From an uncultured Bacilli bacterium (GTDB lineage: Bacteria > Bacillota_I > Bacilli_A > RF39 > UBA660), in contig CANRDB010000003.1 in assembly GCA_947629315.1 (NCBI GenBank), forward strand, positions 1,718-65,717: 64,000 bases of DNA. Reading direction: 5' to 3'. The position numbers were made by a program, and so were the translations under genes. Of this stretch, positions 8,426 through 21,244 are shown in pieces (the stretch's first letter is position 1; each line of letters opens with the position of its first letter). Below the pieces are notes generated by a model that had not been told where the DNA came from, did not search any database, and worked only from the letters and a program-made list of their open reading frames with translations.

Positions 8426-8450
8426 CAATTTGTGCAAGGTTTGGTAGAAT
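8422..8450 (+). promoter_or_regulatory. Sigma-A-type promoter upstream of rpoB
   Basis: TTGACA (8422-8427, overlapping the methyltransferase stop), 17-nt spacer, TAGAAT (8445-8450). Confidence 0.6.
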
Positions 8451-8522
8451 TATAAATTGGCGGCATGTATTATTTTGCCTAATATGTGCATTCTAGAAAA
8501 ATTTAGTTTATGGGGTGAAAAA

Positions 8523-11500
8523 GTGGCTTATACAGTTAAGAAATTCGGTGACTACCGAGAGAGAAGAAGTTATGCAAAAACAAAAAACGCAATAGAGTTG
8601 AACAACTTACTAGAGATTCAGAAAAAGTCATATGATTGGTTTATGACAGAGGGAATCAATGAAGTATTTGAAGATATCTTTCCAGTAGAGAGTTTTACTG
8701 GAAATTTGACGTTAGATTTTGGAGAATACTCATTTGAAGAGCCAAGATATTCCATTAAAGGTTGTAAAGACCGTTATGCAACTTATGCAGCACCTTTAAA
8801 AGTGCAAGCAAGATTATTTAATCATGAGACAGGAGAAGTAAAAGAACAAGAAATTTATTTGGGGGACATGCCTATCATGACAGAAAGTGGTACTTTCGTT
8901 ATTAATGGTGCAGAGCGTGTTATTGTATCCCAATTAGTTCGTTCTCCTAGTGCTTATTATGGAAAAGATGTTGATAAGAAAAATGGAAAAACAATTATCA
9001 CTTCTCAGATTATTCCAACTCGTGGTACTTGGTTGGAGTATGAAACAGACGCTAGAGATGTTGTCTATGTACGAATTGATCGTACTCGTAAAGTACCAAT
9101 TACGACATTACTTCGTGCTTTAGGGTTATCTAATGATGCGGATATCTATGATTTATTTGGGGAAGATGAGTATCTTGCTCGTACAATTGAGAAAGATGCC
9201 AATAAAAATACAGATGAATCTTTAATTGATATCCATTCCAAATTGAGACCAGGAGAACCTTCTACTTTGGATAGTGCGAAGAATCAATTAATTTCCAGAT
9301 TTTTTGATTCATTCCGCTATGATTTAGCGAAAGTAGGACGTTATAAGTTCAATAAAAAGTTGAATGTAACAGAGAGATTACTTGGTTGTAAATTAGCAGA
9401 AACCATTAAAGTGGATAAAGAAGTCATTGCAGAAAAAGATACTGTTATTACGAAAGATGTTTTAGAAAAGTTAAAACCGGTATTCGCATCTGGTTATGGA
9501 GTTCGTGAAGTTTTAATCAATGAAGAACTTGATAGTTATAATAAAGTTCAAATTGTTCACGTTTATTCTAATAAAAATCCAGAAAAGATTATTCCTATCA
9601 TCGGAAATGATCAAACATTAGACCTTAAGAGATTAACAATTTCCGATGTGTATGCTAGTATTTCTTACTATTTAAATTTACATGATGGTATTGGTAATTT
9701 TGATGAAATTGACCATTTGTCTAATCGTCGTGTACGTCAAGTAGGAGAGTTACTTCAAAACCAATTCCGTGTTGGTATCAGTCGTATTGAGAGAGTGATT
9801 CGTGACAGAATGTCTACTCAGGATGTTGCAGAAGTTACCCCAAAAACTCTTATCAATATTCGACCACTAACCGCTGCTATTAAAGAATTCTTTGGTAGTA
9901 GTCAGTTATCTCAATTCATGGATCAGACAAACCCTGTTGCGGAACTTGCTAATAAGAGAAGATTATCTTCTTTAGGACCAGGAGGATTGTCAAGAGATCG
10001 TGCTGGTATGGAAGTTCGTGATGTTAATCCATCTCACTATGGAAGACTTTGTCCAATTGAGTCTCCAGAAGGACCAAATATCGGATTAATTACAGCTCTT
10101 GCTAGTTATGCAAAAGTCAATGAATATGGATTTATCATGACTCCATATCGTAAGGTAATTGATGGTAAAATAACGGATGAAATTACTTACATGACAGCGG
10201 ATGAAGAACTTGATTATCATATTTCACAGGCAACTGTTAAATTGACAGAGGATGGTTGTTTTGCGGATGATCGTGTTCCTGTTCGTTATCGTGGAGACAA
10301 CATTATCATTCATTCTAAGGACGTAGACTATATGGACGTATCCAGTCAACAGGTTGTTTCTATTACGACTGCTGGTATTCCATTCTTGGAGCATGATGAT
10401 GGTAAACGTGCATTGATGGGTTCTAACATGCAACGTCAAGCTATTCCACTTTTAAAACCAGAAGCACCTATTGTAGGAACTGGAATTGAAGCAATTTCTG
10501 CTCGAGATAGTGGAGCTGTTATCATCGCGAAAGCAGATGGTATTGTGGATTATGTCGATGCTAGAAAGATTTTAATAAAGACAAAAGGTGGAACGGATAC
10601 TTATTATTTAAGTGGATTTGATCGTAGTAATGCTGGTACTTGTTATCATCAGGTACCTATTGTAAGAACTGGTGATAAAGTTCATAAAGACCAAGTGATT
10701 GCCGATGGGCCAAGTACGGAACATGGAGAAATGGCTTTAGGTAAGAATGTTCGAGTAGCTTTCATGAACTTTAATGGTTATAACTATGAGGATGCTGTTA
10801 TTCTTAATGAGAGATTAGTACGAGATGATGTTTATACTTCTATTCATATTCAAGATTATCAAATTGAATGTCGTGATACGAAGTTAGGACCTGAGGAATT
10901 TACTAGAGATATTCCAAATGTTAGTGAAGAGAATCGTAAGAATTTGGATGAAAACGGTATTATTGCTATCGGTACAGAAGTACGTGATGATGATATTTTA
11001 GTAGGAAAAGTTACTCCAAAAGGAATGGCTGAACTTACATCAGAAGAAAAATTGCTACATGCTATCTTTGGAGAGAAAACTCGTGAAGTAAGAGATACTT
11101 CTCTTCGTGTACCACATGGTGGCGGAGGAATCGTTCACGATATTAAAGTATTTACGAAAGAGGATACGGACGAACTTCCTGCTGGTGTATCTAAAATTAT
11201 TCGTGTCTATATTGCTCAAAAACGTAAAATAACGGTTGGAGATAAAATGGCAGGACGTCATGGTAATAAAGGTGTTATTTCCCTTATTTTACCGAGTGAG
11301 GATATGCCATATACAGCGGATGGTGAACCAATCGATATCCTATTAAATCCACTAGGTGTACCATCTCGTATGAATATCGGACAGATTCTAGAGATGCATT
11401 TAGGTATCGCTGCAAAAGAATTAGGTATCTATGTAGCAACCCCAGTATTTAGTGGTGCGAATCGAGAAGAAATTATCGATGCGTTAAAAGAAGCACATTT

Positions 11501-12203
11501 AGATGAAGATGGAAAGACCGTACTATATGATGGACGTACTGGTGAACCATTTGATCATCGTATTAGTGTAGGTATCATGTACATGATTAAACTACACCAC
11601 ATGGTAGATGATAAACTTCATGCTCGTTCAACAGGGCCATATTCTATGGTTACGCAACAACCTCTTGGTGGAAAAGCACAATTTGGTGGACAGAGATTTG
11701 GAGAAATGGAAGTTTGGGCACTTTATGCTTACGGTGCCGCCCATGTTCTTCAAGAAATGATGACTATCAAATCAGACGACGTTGTTGGACGTGTGAAGGT
11801 ATATGAATCCTTGGTAAAAGGAACACCAATTCCAAAATCAGGCATTCCAGAATCATTCCGTGTACTCATTAAGGAATTCCAAGCTTTAGGACTCGATATT
11901 AACGTTTTAAATGAATATGGAAGATTTGTCGATTTGAAAGAATTAGAAGAAAGTGACAAAGAAATGTATGGAACCGAGGAAGAAAACTCTGAAAAGGTAG
12001 AATCTACTTTAGTCAATGATGATTCTAAAGAAGAGATTTTCGAAGATTATGAGGACGACTTCGCGGAAGAAGATTATGAGGACATTGACAAAGAAATCGA
12101 ATATGAAGATGAAGATGACGATGAATTTGAAGATGATATGGATGAAGATGATTTTGATATTCCAGAAGGAGAATTGGAAAAATTGGAAGGGGATGAGCAA
12201 TAA
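8523..12203 (+). CDS. rpoB: DNA-directed RNA polymerase subunit beta
   Basis: Start trimmed to the GTG at 8523 (GGGGTG 5 nt upstream). '[19 protein letters not shown]...[12 protein letters not shown]' aligns with the B. subtilis RpoB N-terminus. Has a long acidic C-terminal tail. Confidence 0.97.
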   Translation: MAYTVKKFGDYRERRSYAKTKNAIELNNLLEIQKKSYDWFMTEGINEVFEDIFPVESFTGNLTLDFGEYSFEEPRYSIKGCKDRYATYAAPLKVQARLFNHETGEVKEQEIYLGDMPIMTESGTFVINGAERVIVSQLVRSPSAYYGKDVDKKNGKTIITSQIIPTRGTWLEYETDARDVVYVRIDRTRKVPITTLLRALGLSNDADIYDLFGEDEYLARTIEKDANKNTDESLIDIHSKLRPGEPSTLDSAKNQLISRFFDSFRYDLAKVGRYKFNKKLNVTERLLGCKLAETIKVDKEVIAEKDTVITKDVLEKLKPVFASGYGVREVLINEELDSYNKVQIVHVYSNKNPEKIIPIIGNDQTLDLKRLTISDVYASISYYLNLHDGIGNFDEIDHLSNRRVRQVGELLQNQFRVGISRIERVIRDRMSTQDVAEVTPKTLINIRPLTAAIKEFFGSSQLSQFMDQTNPVAELANKRRLSSLGPGGLSRDRAGMEVRDVNPSHYGRLCPIESPEGPNIGLITALASYAKVNEYGFIMTPYRKVIDGKITDEITYMTADEELDYHISQATVKLTEDGCFADDRVPVRYRGDNIIIHSKDVDYMDVSSQQVVSITTAGIPFLEHDDGKRALMGSNMQRQAIPLLKPEAPIVGTGIEAISARDSGAVIIAKADGIVDYVDARKILIKTKGGTDTYYLSGFDRSNAGTCYHQVPIVRTGDKVHKDQVIADGPSTEHGEMALGKNVRVAFMNFNGYNYEDAVILNERLVRDDVYTSIHIQDYQIECRDTKLGPEEFTRDIPNVSEENRKNLDENGIIAIGTEVRDDDILVGKVTPKGMAELTSEEKLLHAIFGEKTREVRDTSLRVPHGGGGIVHDIKVFTKEDTDELPAGVSKIIRVYIAQKRKITVGDKMAGRHGNKGVISLILPSEDMPYTADGEPIDILLNPLGVPSRMNIGQILEMHLGIAAKELGIYVATPVFSGANREEIIDALKEAHLDEDGKTVLYDGRTGEPFDHRISVGIMYMIKLHHMVDDKLHARSTGPYSMVTQQPLGGKAQFGGQRFGEMEVWALYAYGAAHVLQEMMTIKSDDVVGRVKVYESLVKGTPIPKSGIPESFRVLIKEFQALGLDINVLNEYGRFVDLKELEESDKEMYGTEEENSEKVESTLVNDDSKEEIFEDYEDDFAEEDYEDIDKEIEYEDEDDDEFEDDMDEDDFDIPEGELEKLEGDEQ

Positions 12204-15200
12204 TGGATGTTAATAGTTTTGAAGGATTAAAAATTGGTATTGCTTCTCCTGAAAAAATTCGTTCATGGTCTTATGGTGAAGTAAAAAAGGCAGAGACTAT
12301 CAACTATCGTACTTTGAAACCAGAAAGAGATGGTCTATTCTGTGAAAAAATCTTTGGACCTACAAAAGATTTTGAATGTTCTTGTGGAAAATACAAGAGA
12401 TTAAGATATAAAAATATTATTTGTGATAGATGTGGAGTGGAAGTCACTCGTTCTAAAGTTCGTCGTGAGCGTATGGGGCATATTGAACTTGCCACTCCTG
12501 TATCTCACATTTGGTTCTTTAAAGGGGTACCATCTCGTATGGGATTAGTACTTGATATGAGCCCAAGAGATTTGGAAGAAGTATTATACTTCGTATCTTA
12601 TGTTGTTCTTGATCCAGGACCAGCTCCTTTAGAGAAAAAACAGACAATCAGTGATAAAGAATATCGTGCATACTATGAAAAATATGGAAATAGTTTCCGT
12701 GTTGGCATGGGTGCAGAGGCTATTAAAGAATTGCTAATGGGTGTTGACTTACAAAAAGAAGTTGACGATATTAAAGCAGAAATTGAACAGATTAAAGATT
12801 CTTCTTCTCAAAAGAGAATTCGTTTAATCAAAAGATTGGATATTTTGGATGCATTCTTAGAGTCTGGAAATAAACCTGAATGGATGATTCTAGATGCACT
12901 ACCAGTTATTCCACCAGAACTTCGTCCAATGATTCAATTGGATGGTGGAAGATTTGCTACTTCCGATTTAAATGATTTATATCGAAGAGTTATCAATCGT
13001 AACAATCGTTTAAAGAAATTAATGGAATTAGGTGCGCCTAGTATCATTATTCAAAATGAAAAACGTATGTTACAGGAAGCTGTTGATGCCCTATTTGATA
13101 ATGGAAGAAGAGGAAGAAATATTACTGGTGCCGGTAATCGACCTTTAAAATCTTTAAGTAGTATGTTAAAAGGTAAACAAGGACGGTTCCGTCAAAACTT
13201 ACTTGGAAAACGTGTTGATTATTCAGGACGTTCCGTTATCGTTGTTGGACCTAGTCTAAAGATGTATGAGTGTGGTATTCCAAAAGAAATGGCTCTTGAA
13301 TTATTTAAACCACATGTTATCAATGGATTAGTTCAAAAAGAAATTGCAAGTAATATTAAAGTTGCTAAAAAGATGATTGAGAATCAAGACCCAAGAGTTT
13401 GGGATGTAGTGGAGGAAAAGATTAAAGAACATCCAGTTATGTTAAACCGTGCACCAACGCTTCACCGTCTTGGTATTCAAGCATTCGAACCAAAATTAAT
13501 TGATGGTAGAAGTATTCGTTTGCATCCACTTGTTTGTACTGCATTCAATGCAGACTTCGATGGTGACCAAATGGCTGTTCACGTACCAATTACGGAAGAG
13601 GCACAGGCAGAAGCACGAATTCTCATGTTAGGTGCTAACAACATTTTGAAACCATCTGATGGTAAACCAATCGTTACTCCCGGACAGGATATGGTATTGG
13701 GAAACTATTATATTACAATTGAAAAAGCAGGACTTCCTGGAGAGGGACGTGTATTTAAAAGTCCAGATGAAGCTCTTATGTCTTATGAAAGAAGAGAAAT
13801 TACTCTCCATACAAGAATTGCTCTCCCTGTACGTTCTTTCAAACATAAGTTATTCTTAGATAAGTACATGGATAAATATTTGGTTACGACAGTTGGAAAA
13901 ATCTTATTCAATGAGATTTTCCCAGATACGTTCCAATATATCAATGATGGAACGACAGAAAATATTGAGAAAGCAACTCCAGCGAAGTATTTCTTGGAAA
14001 GAGGAACTAATATTCCAGAAGCCATTGCTCAAATGGAGACTGTTCCAGCTTTTGCCAAAGGAGTACTTACTAAGTTGATTGCTCAAATTTATAAACGTTA
14101 TCAAACAACAGAAACTTCTATTATGCTTGATAAATTGAAAGATTTAGGTTTCAAGTATTCTACCATTGCTGGTATTAGTATTGCCATTAGTGATATTAAA
14201 CCATCTAAGAAAAAGGGAGAAATTGTTGCTGAAGCACAAGCATTAGTTGACCAAGTCAATAAACAGTTTAAGCGTGGTTTATTAACAGAAGATGAGAGAT
14301 ATCAAAAGGTCATCGAAATTTGGACGGAAGCAAAAGGAAAAGTTCAAAAAGAATTGGAAGAAATGGTTAAGGAAGATAGTGATAATCCAATTTGTATCAT
14401 GATGACGTCTAAGGCTCGTGGAGATATGGGTTCTTATACGCAGTTAGTTGGTATGCGTGGATTATTCGGTAAACCAAATGGTAAATCAGAAGAAATCCCA
14501 GTAATTTCCTCATTCAGTGACGGTGTTACGATTAGTGAATTCTTCTTATCAACCCATGGTGCTCGTAAAGGAGCAGTTGATACTGCCCTTAAGACAGCCG
14601 ATGCTGGATACTTAACTCGCCGTTTGGTGGATGTAGCGCAAGATATCATTGTAAAGGCAGAAGATTGTGGTACCGATAATGGTGTTTTAGTAGAAGCATT
14701 CATCAATGAAAAAGATGGTACTGTCATTGAGTCTTTGTATGATCGTATTCTTGGCCGTTATACAAGTAAAAAGATTATTCATCCAGAGACGAAAGAAACT
14801 ATTTGTGAGAGAAATACTTACATTACTGAAAATCTTGCTGATAAGATTATCAATGCTGGTATCACAAAAGTACCAATTCGTACTGTTCTTACTTGTAAAG
14901 AGGATCATGGTGTTTGTTGTATGTGTTATGGACGTAACCTTGCAACCGGAACTATCGTAGAAGAAGGGGAAGCTGTAGGTATTATGGCTGCTCAATCTAT
15001 CGGTGAACCAGGTACTCAGTTAACCATGAGAACCTTCAATACTGGTGGAGTTGCTGGAGACGATATTACACAAGGTCTTCCTCGTGTACAAGAGTTATTT
15101 GAATCTCGTAATCCAAAAGGTAAAGCTACCATCTCTGAAATTAATGGTGTGGTTAGTGAGATTGAAGATGAAAATGGACACTTTATCGTTCATGTTAAGA

Positions 15201-15838
15201 ATGATGTAGAAACGAAAAAGTATTCTACTCACTATGGTGCGAAATTATGTGTTGAAAAAGGTCAAGATATTAAAGCAGGTGAAAGAATTACGTTTGGTGC
15301 CATTAATCCAAAAGAATTGCTTGCTGTAACGGACCCAATTACGACACAACAATATATTCTATTAGAAATTCAAAAAGTTTATCGTTCTCAAGGTGTTGAT
15401 ATTTCTGATAAGCACGTTGAAATTATGGCAAAACGTATGATTTCTAAGATTAAGATTTTAAATTCAGGAGATTCTTATTTCTTACCTGGAACGATGGTAA
15501 ATTATAATAAATTTACAGAAACGAACCAAAATTTAATTTTGGAAGGTAAGATTCCTGCGAAAGGTATTCCTGTGCTTCTCGGTATTACGAAAGCTTCTCT
15601 TGAAACAGATTCCTTCTTATCTGCTGCTTCTTTCCAGGAGACTACTCGTATTTTAACAGATGCGGCTATTCATGGAAAAGTAGATCATTTACAAGGATTA
15701 AAAGAGAATGTTCTTCTTGGTAAATTAATTCCTGCTGGAACAGGTGCTAAAAAGTATCGTAAAGCAGAATATGATTTGACTTTAGACAATTTAAAAGAGG
15801 AACCACTAGAAGCCTTAGAACAAGAATTTGTTGATTAA
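12203..15838 (+). CDS. rpoC: DNA-directed RNA polymerase subunit beta'
   Basis: ATG overlaps the rpoB TAA (TAATG). Zn-finger '[23 protein letters not shown]' and catalytic 'NADFDGDQM'. Confidence 0.97.
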   Translation: MDVNSFEGLKIGIASPEKIRSWSYGEVKKAETINYRTLKPERDGLFCEKIFGPTKDFECSCGKYKRLRYKNIICDRCGVEVTRSKVRRERMGHIELATPVSHIWFFKGVPSRMGLVLDMSPRDLEEVLYFVSYVVLDPGPAPLEKKQTISDKEYRAYYEKYGNSFRVGMGAEAIKELLMGVDLQKEVDDIKAEIEQIKDSSSQKRIRLIKRLDILDAFLESGNKPEWMILDALPVIPPELRPMIQLDGGRFATSDLNDLYRRVINRNNRLKKLMELGAPSIIIQNEKRMLQEAVDALFDNGRRGRNITGAGNRPLKSLSSMLKGKQGRFRQNLLGKRVDYSGRSVIVVGPSLKMYECGIPKEMALELFKPHVINGLVQKEIASNIKVAKKMIENQDPRVWDVVEEKIKEHPVMLNRAPTLHRLGIQAFEPKLIDGRSIRLHPLVCTAFNADFDGDQMAVHVPITEEAQAEARILMLGANNILKPSDGKPIVTPGQDMVLGNYYITIEKAGLPGEGRVFKSPDEALMSYERREITLHTRIALPVRSFKHKLFLDKYMDKYLVTTVGKILFNEIFPDTFQYINDGTTENIEKATPAKYFLERGTNIPEAIAQMETVPAFAKGVLTKLIAQIYKRYQTTETSIMLDKLKDLGFKYSTIAGISIAISDIKPSKKKGEIVAEAQALVDQVNKQFKRGLLTEDERYQKVIEIWTEAKGKVQKELEEMVKEDSDNPICIMMTSKARGDMGSYTQLVGMRGLFGKPNGKSEEIPVISSFSDGVTISEFFLSTHGARKGAVDTALKTADAGYLTRRLVDVAQDIIVKAEDCGTDNGVLVEAFINEKDGTVIESLYDRILGRYTSKKIIHPETKETICERNTYITENLADKIINAGITKVPIRTVLTCKEDHGVCCMCYGRNLATGTIVEEGEAVGIMAAQSIGEPGTQLTMRTFNTGGVAGDDITQGLPRVQELFESRNPKGKATISEINGVVSEIEDENGHFIVHVKNDVETKKYSTHYGAKLCVEKGQDIKAGERITFGAINPKELLAVTDPITTQQYILLEIQKVYRSQGVDISDKHVEIMAKRMISKIKILNSGDSYFLPGTMVNYNKFTETNQNLILEGKIPAKGIPVLLGITKASLETDSFLSAASFQETTRILTDAAIHGKVDHLQGLKENVLLGKLIPAGTGAKKYRKAEYDLTLDNLKEEPLEALEQEFVD

Positions 15839-15843
15839 CATAA

Positions 15844-15879
15844 AAAGACCGAAATGTAATATCGTTTCGGTCTTTTCTT
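15844..15879 (+). terminator. Intrinsic terminator after rpoC
   Basis: Perfect 11-bp stem AAAGACCGAAA/TTTCGGTCTTT with a 10-nt loop and a U-rich tail. Confidence 0.85.
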
Positions 15880-15979
15880 GCTTTAGATAAGAATGAGTGG
15901 CAAAAATTTGCGGTAGGGAGATGCAGAAGGAATATCTTTTTTTACTATTTTGTGATAGAATGAATCTAGGTGGTAAAGG

Positions 15980-16747
15980 ATGAATAAAAGAAATATACAA
16001 GTGATATTGAATGTCATTTTAGTGGTGATTTCTATCATTAATCTTTTCATTCATTGGTCTATATTGAACTTTCTCATGTTTGTATTAGCTTGTCTTTTAC
16101 TAGGATTTTTAAAAGAGCCCGTTAAAGAAGAGAGTCCAAAAGAAGAAGTTGTTTTAGAAGAACCAGAGGAAGAAGTATTGGTTGAAGAAGAAGCAGATGA
16201 TTTGAATTTTCCTAATTCTTTTAATGAGAAAGAGTTTGCCAAAACCATTTATCTATTGTACTGCGATATTCAAGAGGACTTTATGAATTTTCATTATGAT
16301 TCTCTTATGGATAAATTAGGGATGGAGATGTATGAACAGTTTTCCAAGCAGATGCGTCATTTAGAGGAAAGTGGAAAGCAATCGGTTCGAAAAAATATTG
16401 AGTTACAAAAAATTGAAATTAAGTCTTTTCATCAAGGAAAAGATTCAGATATCTCTGTTGTGCATTTGTCAGTGTTAGAAGATAAGTACATGAAAAAATT
16501 AGAGGAACCTTTTCGACTAACGTCTGCTCGAGTGAGATATGAGAGTTGTTATGCCGTGACTGTATGTTTGCATCATCGAAAAAGAAGTGTCCGCAAGTGT
16601 AGCAATTGTTCTGTGAAATTACAGGGAAATCCATCGAAATGTCCAGAATGTGGGCATATGCTATTAGAAAATTCGGAAAATTGGATATTGAAAGATTTAC
16701 AATTAGTTTGTAGTCATTCGTATTCTCCCAATAAAAAAGAATCTTAG
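15980..16747 (+). CDS. Membrane-anchored protein with a Tim44-like domain and a C-terminal zinc ribbon (hypothetical)
   Basis: Two N-terminal TM segments, an acidic linker, and 'CSNCSVKLQGNPSKCPECGH' (CxxC...CxxC). The Tim44-like call is pattern-based only. Confidence 0.55.
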   Translation: MNKRNIQVILNVILVVISIINLFIHWSILNFLMFVLACLLLGFLKEPVKEESPKEEVVLEEPEEEVLVEEEADDLNFPNSFNEKEFAKTIYLLYCDIQEDFMNFHYDSLMDKLGMEMYEQFSKQMRHLEESGKQSVRKNIELQKIEIKSFHQGKDSDISVVHLSVLEDKYMKKLEEPFRLTSARVRYESCYAVTVCLHHRKRSVRKCSNCSVKLQGNPSKCPECGHMLLENSENWILKDLQLVCSHSYSPNKKES

Positions 16748-17691
16748 GATTCTTTTTCTAGTTTTTTCCCTTGATAAGTTTGATGATTGGCTAAATATTT
16801 ATCAATATCATTGAGGATGGAAACCTTTTTAGGAAGCCATAAAGGGGTAATTAAATCTTCTACTTTAGGGTCTCCGGTCAATCGATGAATGACGATTTGT
16901 GGTCGTAAGTATTCTAATTGTTTACAAGTAATTTCAATATACTGTTCTCTAGATAGGATAGGAAAAGGGTGTTCTTCGTATATTTTAGCTAATGCAGTAT
17001 TTTTTAAAATAGATAACATATGAATTTTGATTCCCTGAATATCTAGTTGATTTAAATATTTTACAGTTTCAATCATCATGTCTTCTGTTTCATAGGGAAG
17101 ACCATTGATAATGTGAACAACGACATCAATATGTCTTTTTCTTAACTTTTGAACCATTATTTCAAAACATTCTAAAGAGTGACAACGATTAATGAACTGA
17201 GAAGTTTTTTCATGAATCGTTTGAAGCCCCAACTCGATGACAAGATAAGTTCGATGGGATAAATCTTCTAAATAATCTAAACATTCCTCGGTAATTGCAT
17301 CTGCTCTTGTTGCAATAGCAAGACCGACAACATTGGGTTGTTTTATGATGGTTTCGTATTTTTCTTTCAAAACAGTAAGAGGGGCATATGTATTTGTATG
17401 AGCTTGGAAGTATCCAATGTACTTGCCATTAGGCCACTTTTGATGCATTATTTGTTTTATTTTTTCAAATTGAGTTACCAAATCTTCCTTTTGATTTCCC
17501 GCATATTCTCCACTTCCTAAAGAAGAACAATAAATACATCCACCAGTTCCTACCGTACCATCAATATTTGGACAAGTGAAACCAGCATTAAGACTAATCT
17601 TAAAAACTTTCTCATGAAATTTTTGTTGATAAAAATAAGTTAAGGTATGATAACGTTTATTGGTATTGGAATAGGGAAATGGATTTTTCAT
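16744..17691 (-). CDS. TIGR01212-family radical SAM protein (YtqA/YhcC-like)
   Basis: 'NAGFTCPNIDGTVGTGGCIYCS' is the characteristic atypical cluster motif of this family. 315 aa. Confidence 0.85.
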   Translation of the reverse strand: MKNPFPYSNTNKRYHTLTYFYQQKFHEKVFKISLNAGFTCPNIDGTVGTGGCIYCSSLGSGEYAGNQKEDLVTQFEKIKQIMHQKWPNGKYIGYFQAHTNTYAPLTVLKEKYETIIKQPNVVGLAIATRADAITEECLDYLEDLSHRTYLVIELGLQTIHEKTSQFINRCHSLECFEIMVQKLRKRHIDVVVHIINGLPYETEDMMIETVKYLNQLDIQGIKIHMLSILKNTALAKIYEEHPFPILSREQYIEITCKQLEYLRPQIVIHRLTGDPKVEDLITPLWLPKKVSILNDIDKYLANHQTYQGKKLEKES

Positions 17692-17798
17692 ATTTCCTCC
17701 TTGTTTTCTTATTATATCATTTTCTGAAAAATAGTGAAAATTTTGTTAAATTTTGTTCAATTGATTCTTTTTTTGTTATAATGATAATGGAGGTCAGT

Positions 17799-19238
17799 AT
17801 GAAAAAGAATAATCTATGGAAAATACTATGCATCGTAGTAGTGATTTTAATTTTAGGAAGTTGGTTCATTCCTGCTAGTTCGTTTACGAATGGAACTTTT
17901 CAAACGATTGGACATGAGCCTTTTGGTATTTTTGATATTTTACTTGCACCTTTTCAATTTTTTAACTGGGATTTTTCTAGTATGCAATTGTATATTGATG
18001 AAACGAGTGTGCGAGCTATTTCTTATGCCAGTATTTTGTTAGTGATTTTAACAACAGGAGTATTTTATGCCATTTTAAAAAAGACTGGTGCTTATGGAAA
18101 ACTAGTGAATGGTATTGTCAAAAAATTTGAAAAAAGAAGATCTATATTTCTTATTGGTACTTCAATTTTCTTTATTCTTTTTTCTGCCATAGTGGGATTG
18201 AAGTGGGTGGCTTTTATTCTCATTCCATTTTTTATCACCATTCTATGGAAGTTGAAGTATTCTAGAGTTTCCATTTTTTCTGCTACTTTTCTTTCTTATC
18301 TCATTGGAAACATGGTTTCTTTGACGGGAACGGAAGTAGCCGGTATCAATAATATTGTATATGGTTATGCGGTAGAAAATGATTTTATTTTAAAAGGCTT
18401 GTTGTTTTTAATTGTTGTCATTATGACAATGATTTATATGAATTATAAACGAGAACCATTATTAGAAAAAGAAGAGTTAGAGGAAGAAATTCCTGCTTCT
18501 CCCCGAAAAAGTTTTTTACCTATCATAGGCTTATGTTTGTTATTTTTTGCGATGATTGTGGCTGCTAGTTACAATTGGTACTATGTTTTTAATAGTACCC
18601 TAGTAACGGAGACCTATGAGGATTTGGTAGCAACGACGGTTTCCAATTATCCAATAGGGAAAAGTTTATTGGGACAGATAGAACCATTTGGATATTGGTC
18701 AGGTTTTATGGTGAGTGCATTTCTTTGCTTGTTATCTCTTGCCATTAGTTTTGTGTATGCTCTCTCTAAAAAAGATATAGTAGAGAGTGTGAAAGAGGGA
18801 GCACTCCGAATGGCTAAACCAGCTTTCTGGGTATGGATTTCGATGACAGCTATGGTATTACTTACAAAATCAGGATCTGGTTTCCTCCTAACGATATTTG
18901 ATTTTTGTTATCAACATGTTACATCTTTGGTCACTCCACTTATGGGGATTATGAATGTCATATTAGGAACGTTTATTGGAGATTATCAAGCAGTTTCTCA
19001 AATCTTTAGTCCTGTATTGATATCCCTATTTGAGGAAGCCAATTTAGCCTTAGCGATTTTAACGACACAGTTTACCCATGGTATTATGAGTTTAATCGCA
19101 CCAACTAGTTTCTTCTTGGTAGCAGGACTTAGTTATTTAAAAATCCCTTATCAAAAATGGATTTCCTATGTTTGGAAATTAGTGCTTTTATTATTTTTAA
19201 CATTGTTTATGATTCTATTGATTATCAATTTATTGTAG
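17799..19238 (+). CDS. Polytopic membrane protein, probably a YfcC/DcuC-like transporter
   Basis: Start trimmed to the ATG at 17799 (GGAGG 7 nt upstream; an extended -10 TGTTATAAT lies upstream). At least 10 hydrophobic segments. Family call is weak. Confidence 0.65.
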   Translation: MKKNNLWKILCIVVVILILGSWFIPASSFTNGTFQTIGHEPFGIFDILLAPFQFFNWDFSSMQLYIDETSVRAISYASILLVILTTGVFYAILKKTGAYGKLVNGIVKKFEKRRSIFLIGTSIFFILFSAIVGLKWVAFILIPFFITILWKLKYSRVSIFSATFLSYLIGNMVSLTGTEVAGINNIVYGYAVENDFILKGLLFLIVVIMTMIYMNYKREPLLEKEELEEEIPASPRKSFLPIIGLCLLFFAMIVAASYNWYYVFNSTLVTETYEDLVATTVSNYPIGKSLLGQIEPFGYWSGFMVSAFLCLLSLAISFVYALSKKDIVESVKEGALRMAKPAFWVWISMTAMVLLTKSGSGFLLTIFDFCYQHVTSLVTPLMGIMNVILGTFIGDYQAVSQIFSPVLISLFEEANLALAILTTQFTHGIMSLIAPTSFFLVAGLSYLKIPYQKWISYVWKLVLLLFLTLFMILLIINLL

Positions 19239-19271
19239 AGAGAATCTTTCATCAAACTAGGAGAGTGAATT

Positions 19272-19907
19272 ATGAAATTTGAGATAGATGGCATTTCCTA
19301 TGAAGTCGTGATTGAAAAAAAGAACAACAAAAATTCCTATATTCGCATCAAAGACGACTTGAAGATTTATGTCTCTGCTTCTAAATGGAGTACGAAAAAG
19401 GACATTGAGAGAATGCTTCGGGATAATGTAGATGCTCTAAAAAAAATGATTCAAAAAAAACAAGCCCATTTAGAAAAAAACAACTCTTTCTTTTATTTAG
19501 GGCAATCTTATGATATAATTGAGGTATCTATTATGGATGATATCGAACTAGAAGATGGTAGAATTTATACTCCTAGTATGAAAAAGTTGGAAAAATGGTA
19601 TCAGAAACAAATTGAGACTGTCTTTGCGGAACATTATCAAGAACAGTGTCATCGGTTTCAGGAAGATATTGTTGTTCCCACTTTAAAGATTCGCACGATG
19701 AAGACAAGATGGGGAGTGTATAATAAAAAAAATCACTCTATTACGTTAAATAGTCATTTAATTGAATATTCTACTGAAAAGTTAGATTATGTGATTATTC
19801 ACGAATTGAGTCATATTATTCACTTTGATCATTCTTCTTCATTTTGGGGTCTAGTATCGAAATATTGTCCCAATTATAAGCAGATAAGAAAAGAATTAAA
19901 AGAGTAG
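19272..19907 (+). CDS. YgjP-like (DUF45/M48-related) metal-dependent hydrolase
   Basis: C-terminal 'VIIHELSHIIHFDHSSSFW' (HExxH plus a downstream His) and size typical of DUF45. Confidence 0.8.
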   Translation: MKFEIDGISYEVVIEKKNNKNSYIRIKDDLKIYVSASKWSTKKDIERMLRDNVDALKKMIQKKQAHLEKNNSFFYLGQSYDIIEVSIMDDIELEDGRIYTPSMKKLEKWYQKQIETVFAEHYQEQCHRFQEDIVVPTLKIRTMKTRWGVYNKKNHSITLNSHLIEYSTEKLDYVIIHELSHIIHFDHSSSFWGLVSKYCPNYKQIRKELKE

Positions 19908-19915
19908 GTGATACT

Positions 19916-21196
19916 TTGAAAATAATTAAAAAAATAAGTTATGTCTTATTAACTATCCTTTTATTGAGTAGTCAAGTAATGATTTCTGATTTTCAAGAAG
20001 AGGCAGAGGCGAAGTCTTTAAAAGATTTGCGTGCAGAACTTCAAGAGTTATATCAAAAACAAAAAGAAAATCAAGATAAACAAGAAGCAACAGAAGAAGA
20101 AATTGAAGAAACGAATGAAGAAATTGCTAAATTGACAAAAGAAAAAGAGGAGATTCGTTCCCAAATTAGAGATTTGGAAGCGGAGATTGAGCAACTCAAT
20201 AAGGATATTGAAGCTAAAAATAAAGAGATTCAAGATATTATTAGTTACTATCAGATTACTTCTTCTAATCCGAATATGTACTTAGAGTATGTATTAACGG
20301 CTACGGATTTGACGGATATGATTTACCGAGCTGCGGTTGCTGAACAGTTGAGTGATTATAATGATTCCTTAATCGAGGAATATGAGGATTTAATTCGTGA
20401 AAATGAAAAAAAATCCGAAGAGTTGGTTAATCAAAATGTGAAGTTGGATGCAAAAACGAAAGAGTTGGAAAAAGAACTTTCCAAATTGAGTATAGAATTA
20501 AAAGGTACAGTAGAGGGTGCTCTTAGTATAGAGGAAGAGATTTCCGTTGCGGAAAATACTATTAAACAGTATGAAAAGACGTATGAAGCATTTAAATGTG
20601 ATGAGAAAATGGATTATAAAGCATGCTTAGAATCGAATAAGGATGTTTTACCTCCTGATACAGCTTTCTATCGACCAGTGGTATCTGGATACATTTCTAG
20701 TGGATATGGACCAAGAACCTATAAATTAAATGGTAAATGGAAGTCAGATTTCCATTATGGATTGGATTTCGCTACTTCTCATGGAAGTAAAATCTATGCG
20801 GTAGCAGCTGGAAGAGTGGTTGCCATTGTCAACGCCAAGGCTTTATATAGTCAAAACAAGAAGAAGATTTGTGGTGGTACGAAAGTTTACATTATTCATA
20901 CCGTAAATGGTAAGAAGTATACTTCTACCTATATGCATATGGCATCTTACAGTGTTAAAGTAGGAGATGTGGTTACGAAAGATACCGTCATCGGGAAAGT
21001 AGGAGGATCTCCATCTATTGAATATTGGGATAACTGTTCTACAGGAGCTCATGCCCACTTGATGATGAGTACAGGACACTACACAATCGATTATACAAGT
21101 TCTTCTACCTTGACAAGTCGAAGTTTTGACCCTCATGAAGTAGTCAATGCCCCAAAAGAGGGTGGAAGTTTCAAAAATAGAACTACCAAATATTAA
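19916..21196 (+). CDS. Secreted coiled-coil M23 family metallopeptidase
   Basis: TTG start. Signal/TM at the N-terminus, about 200 aa of E/K-rich coiled coil, and a C-terminal LytM domain ('HYGLDFA', 'GRV', 'HAHLMM'). Confidence 0.85.
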   Translation: MKIIKKISYVLLTILLLSSQVMISDFQEEAEAKSLKDLRAELQELYQKQKENQDKQEATEEEIEETNEEIAKLTKEKEEIRSQIRDLEAEIEQLNKDIEAKNKEIQDIISYYQITSSNPNMYLEYVLTATDLTDMIYRAAVAEQLSDYNDSLIEEYEDLIRENEKKSEELVNQNVKLDAKTKELEKELSKLSIELKGTVEGALSIEEEISVAENTIKQYEKTYEAFKCDEKMDYKACLESNKDVLPPDTAFYRPVVSGYISSGYGPRTYKLNGKWKSDFHYGLDFATSHGSKIYAVAAGRVVAIVNAKALYSQNKKKICGGTKVYIIHTVNGKKYTSTYMHMASYSVKVGDVVTKDTVIGKVGGSPSIEYWDNCSTGAHAHLMMSTGHYTIDYTSSSTLTSRSFDPHEVVNAPKEGGSFKNRTTKY

Positions 21197-21244
21197 TCGA
21201 CAAAAAAAGAGACAAATCCCTTTTACAATGATATTGGTGATGGT

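Noticed and set aside
11930-12200. Long acidic (D/E-rich) C-terminal tail of RpoB
   Set aside because: B. subtilis RpoB also ends in an acidic tail. This looks like a compositional extension of a known feature rather than a new domain. I did not treat it as a finding.
12009-12213. Short ORFs on both strands (12016-12213 + and 12009-12200 -) at the rpoB 3' end
   Set aside because: These are artefacts of the GA-rich codons encoding the rpoB acidic tail. They are fully nested in rpoB.
13628-14104. Cluster of 60-80-aa ORFs on both strands inside rpoC
   Set aside because: They are nested in a strongly conserved gene and show no independent signals. Such open frames are expected in AT-rich DNA.
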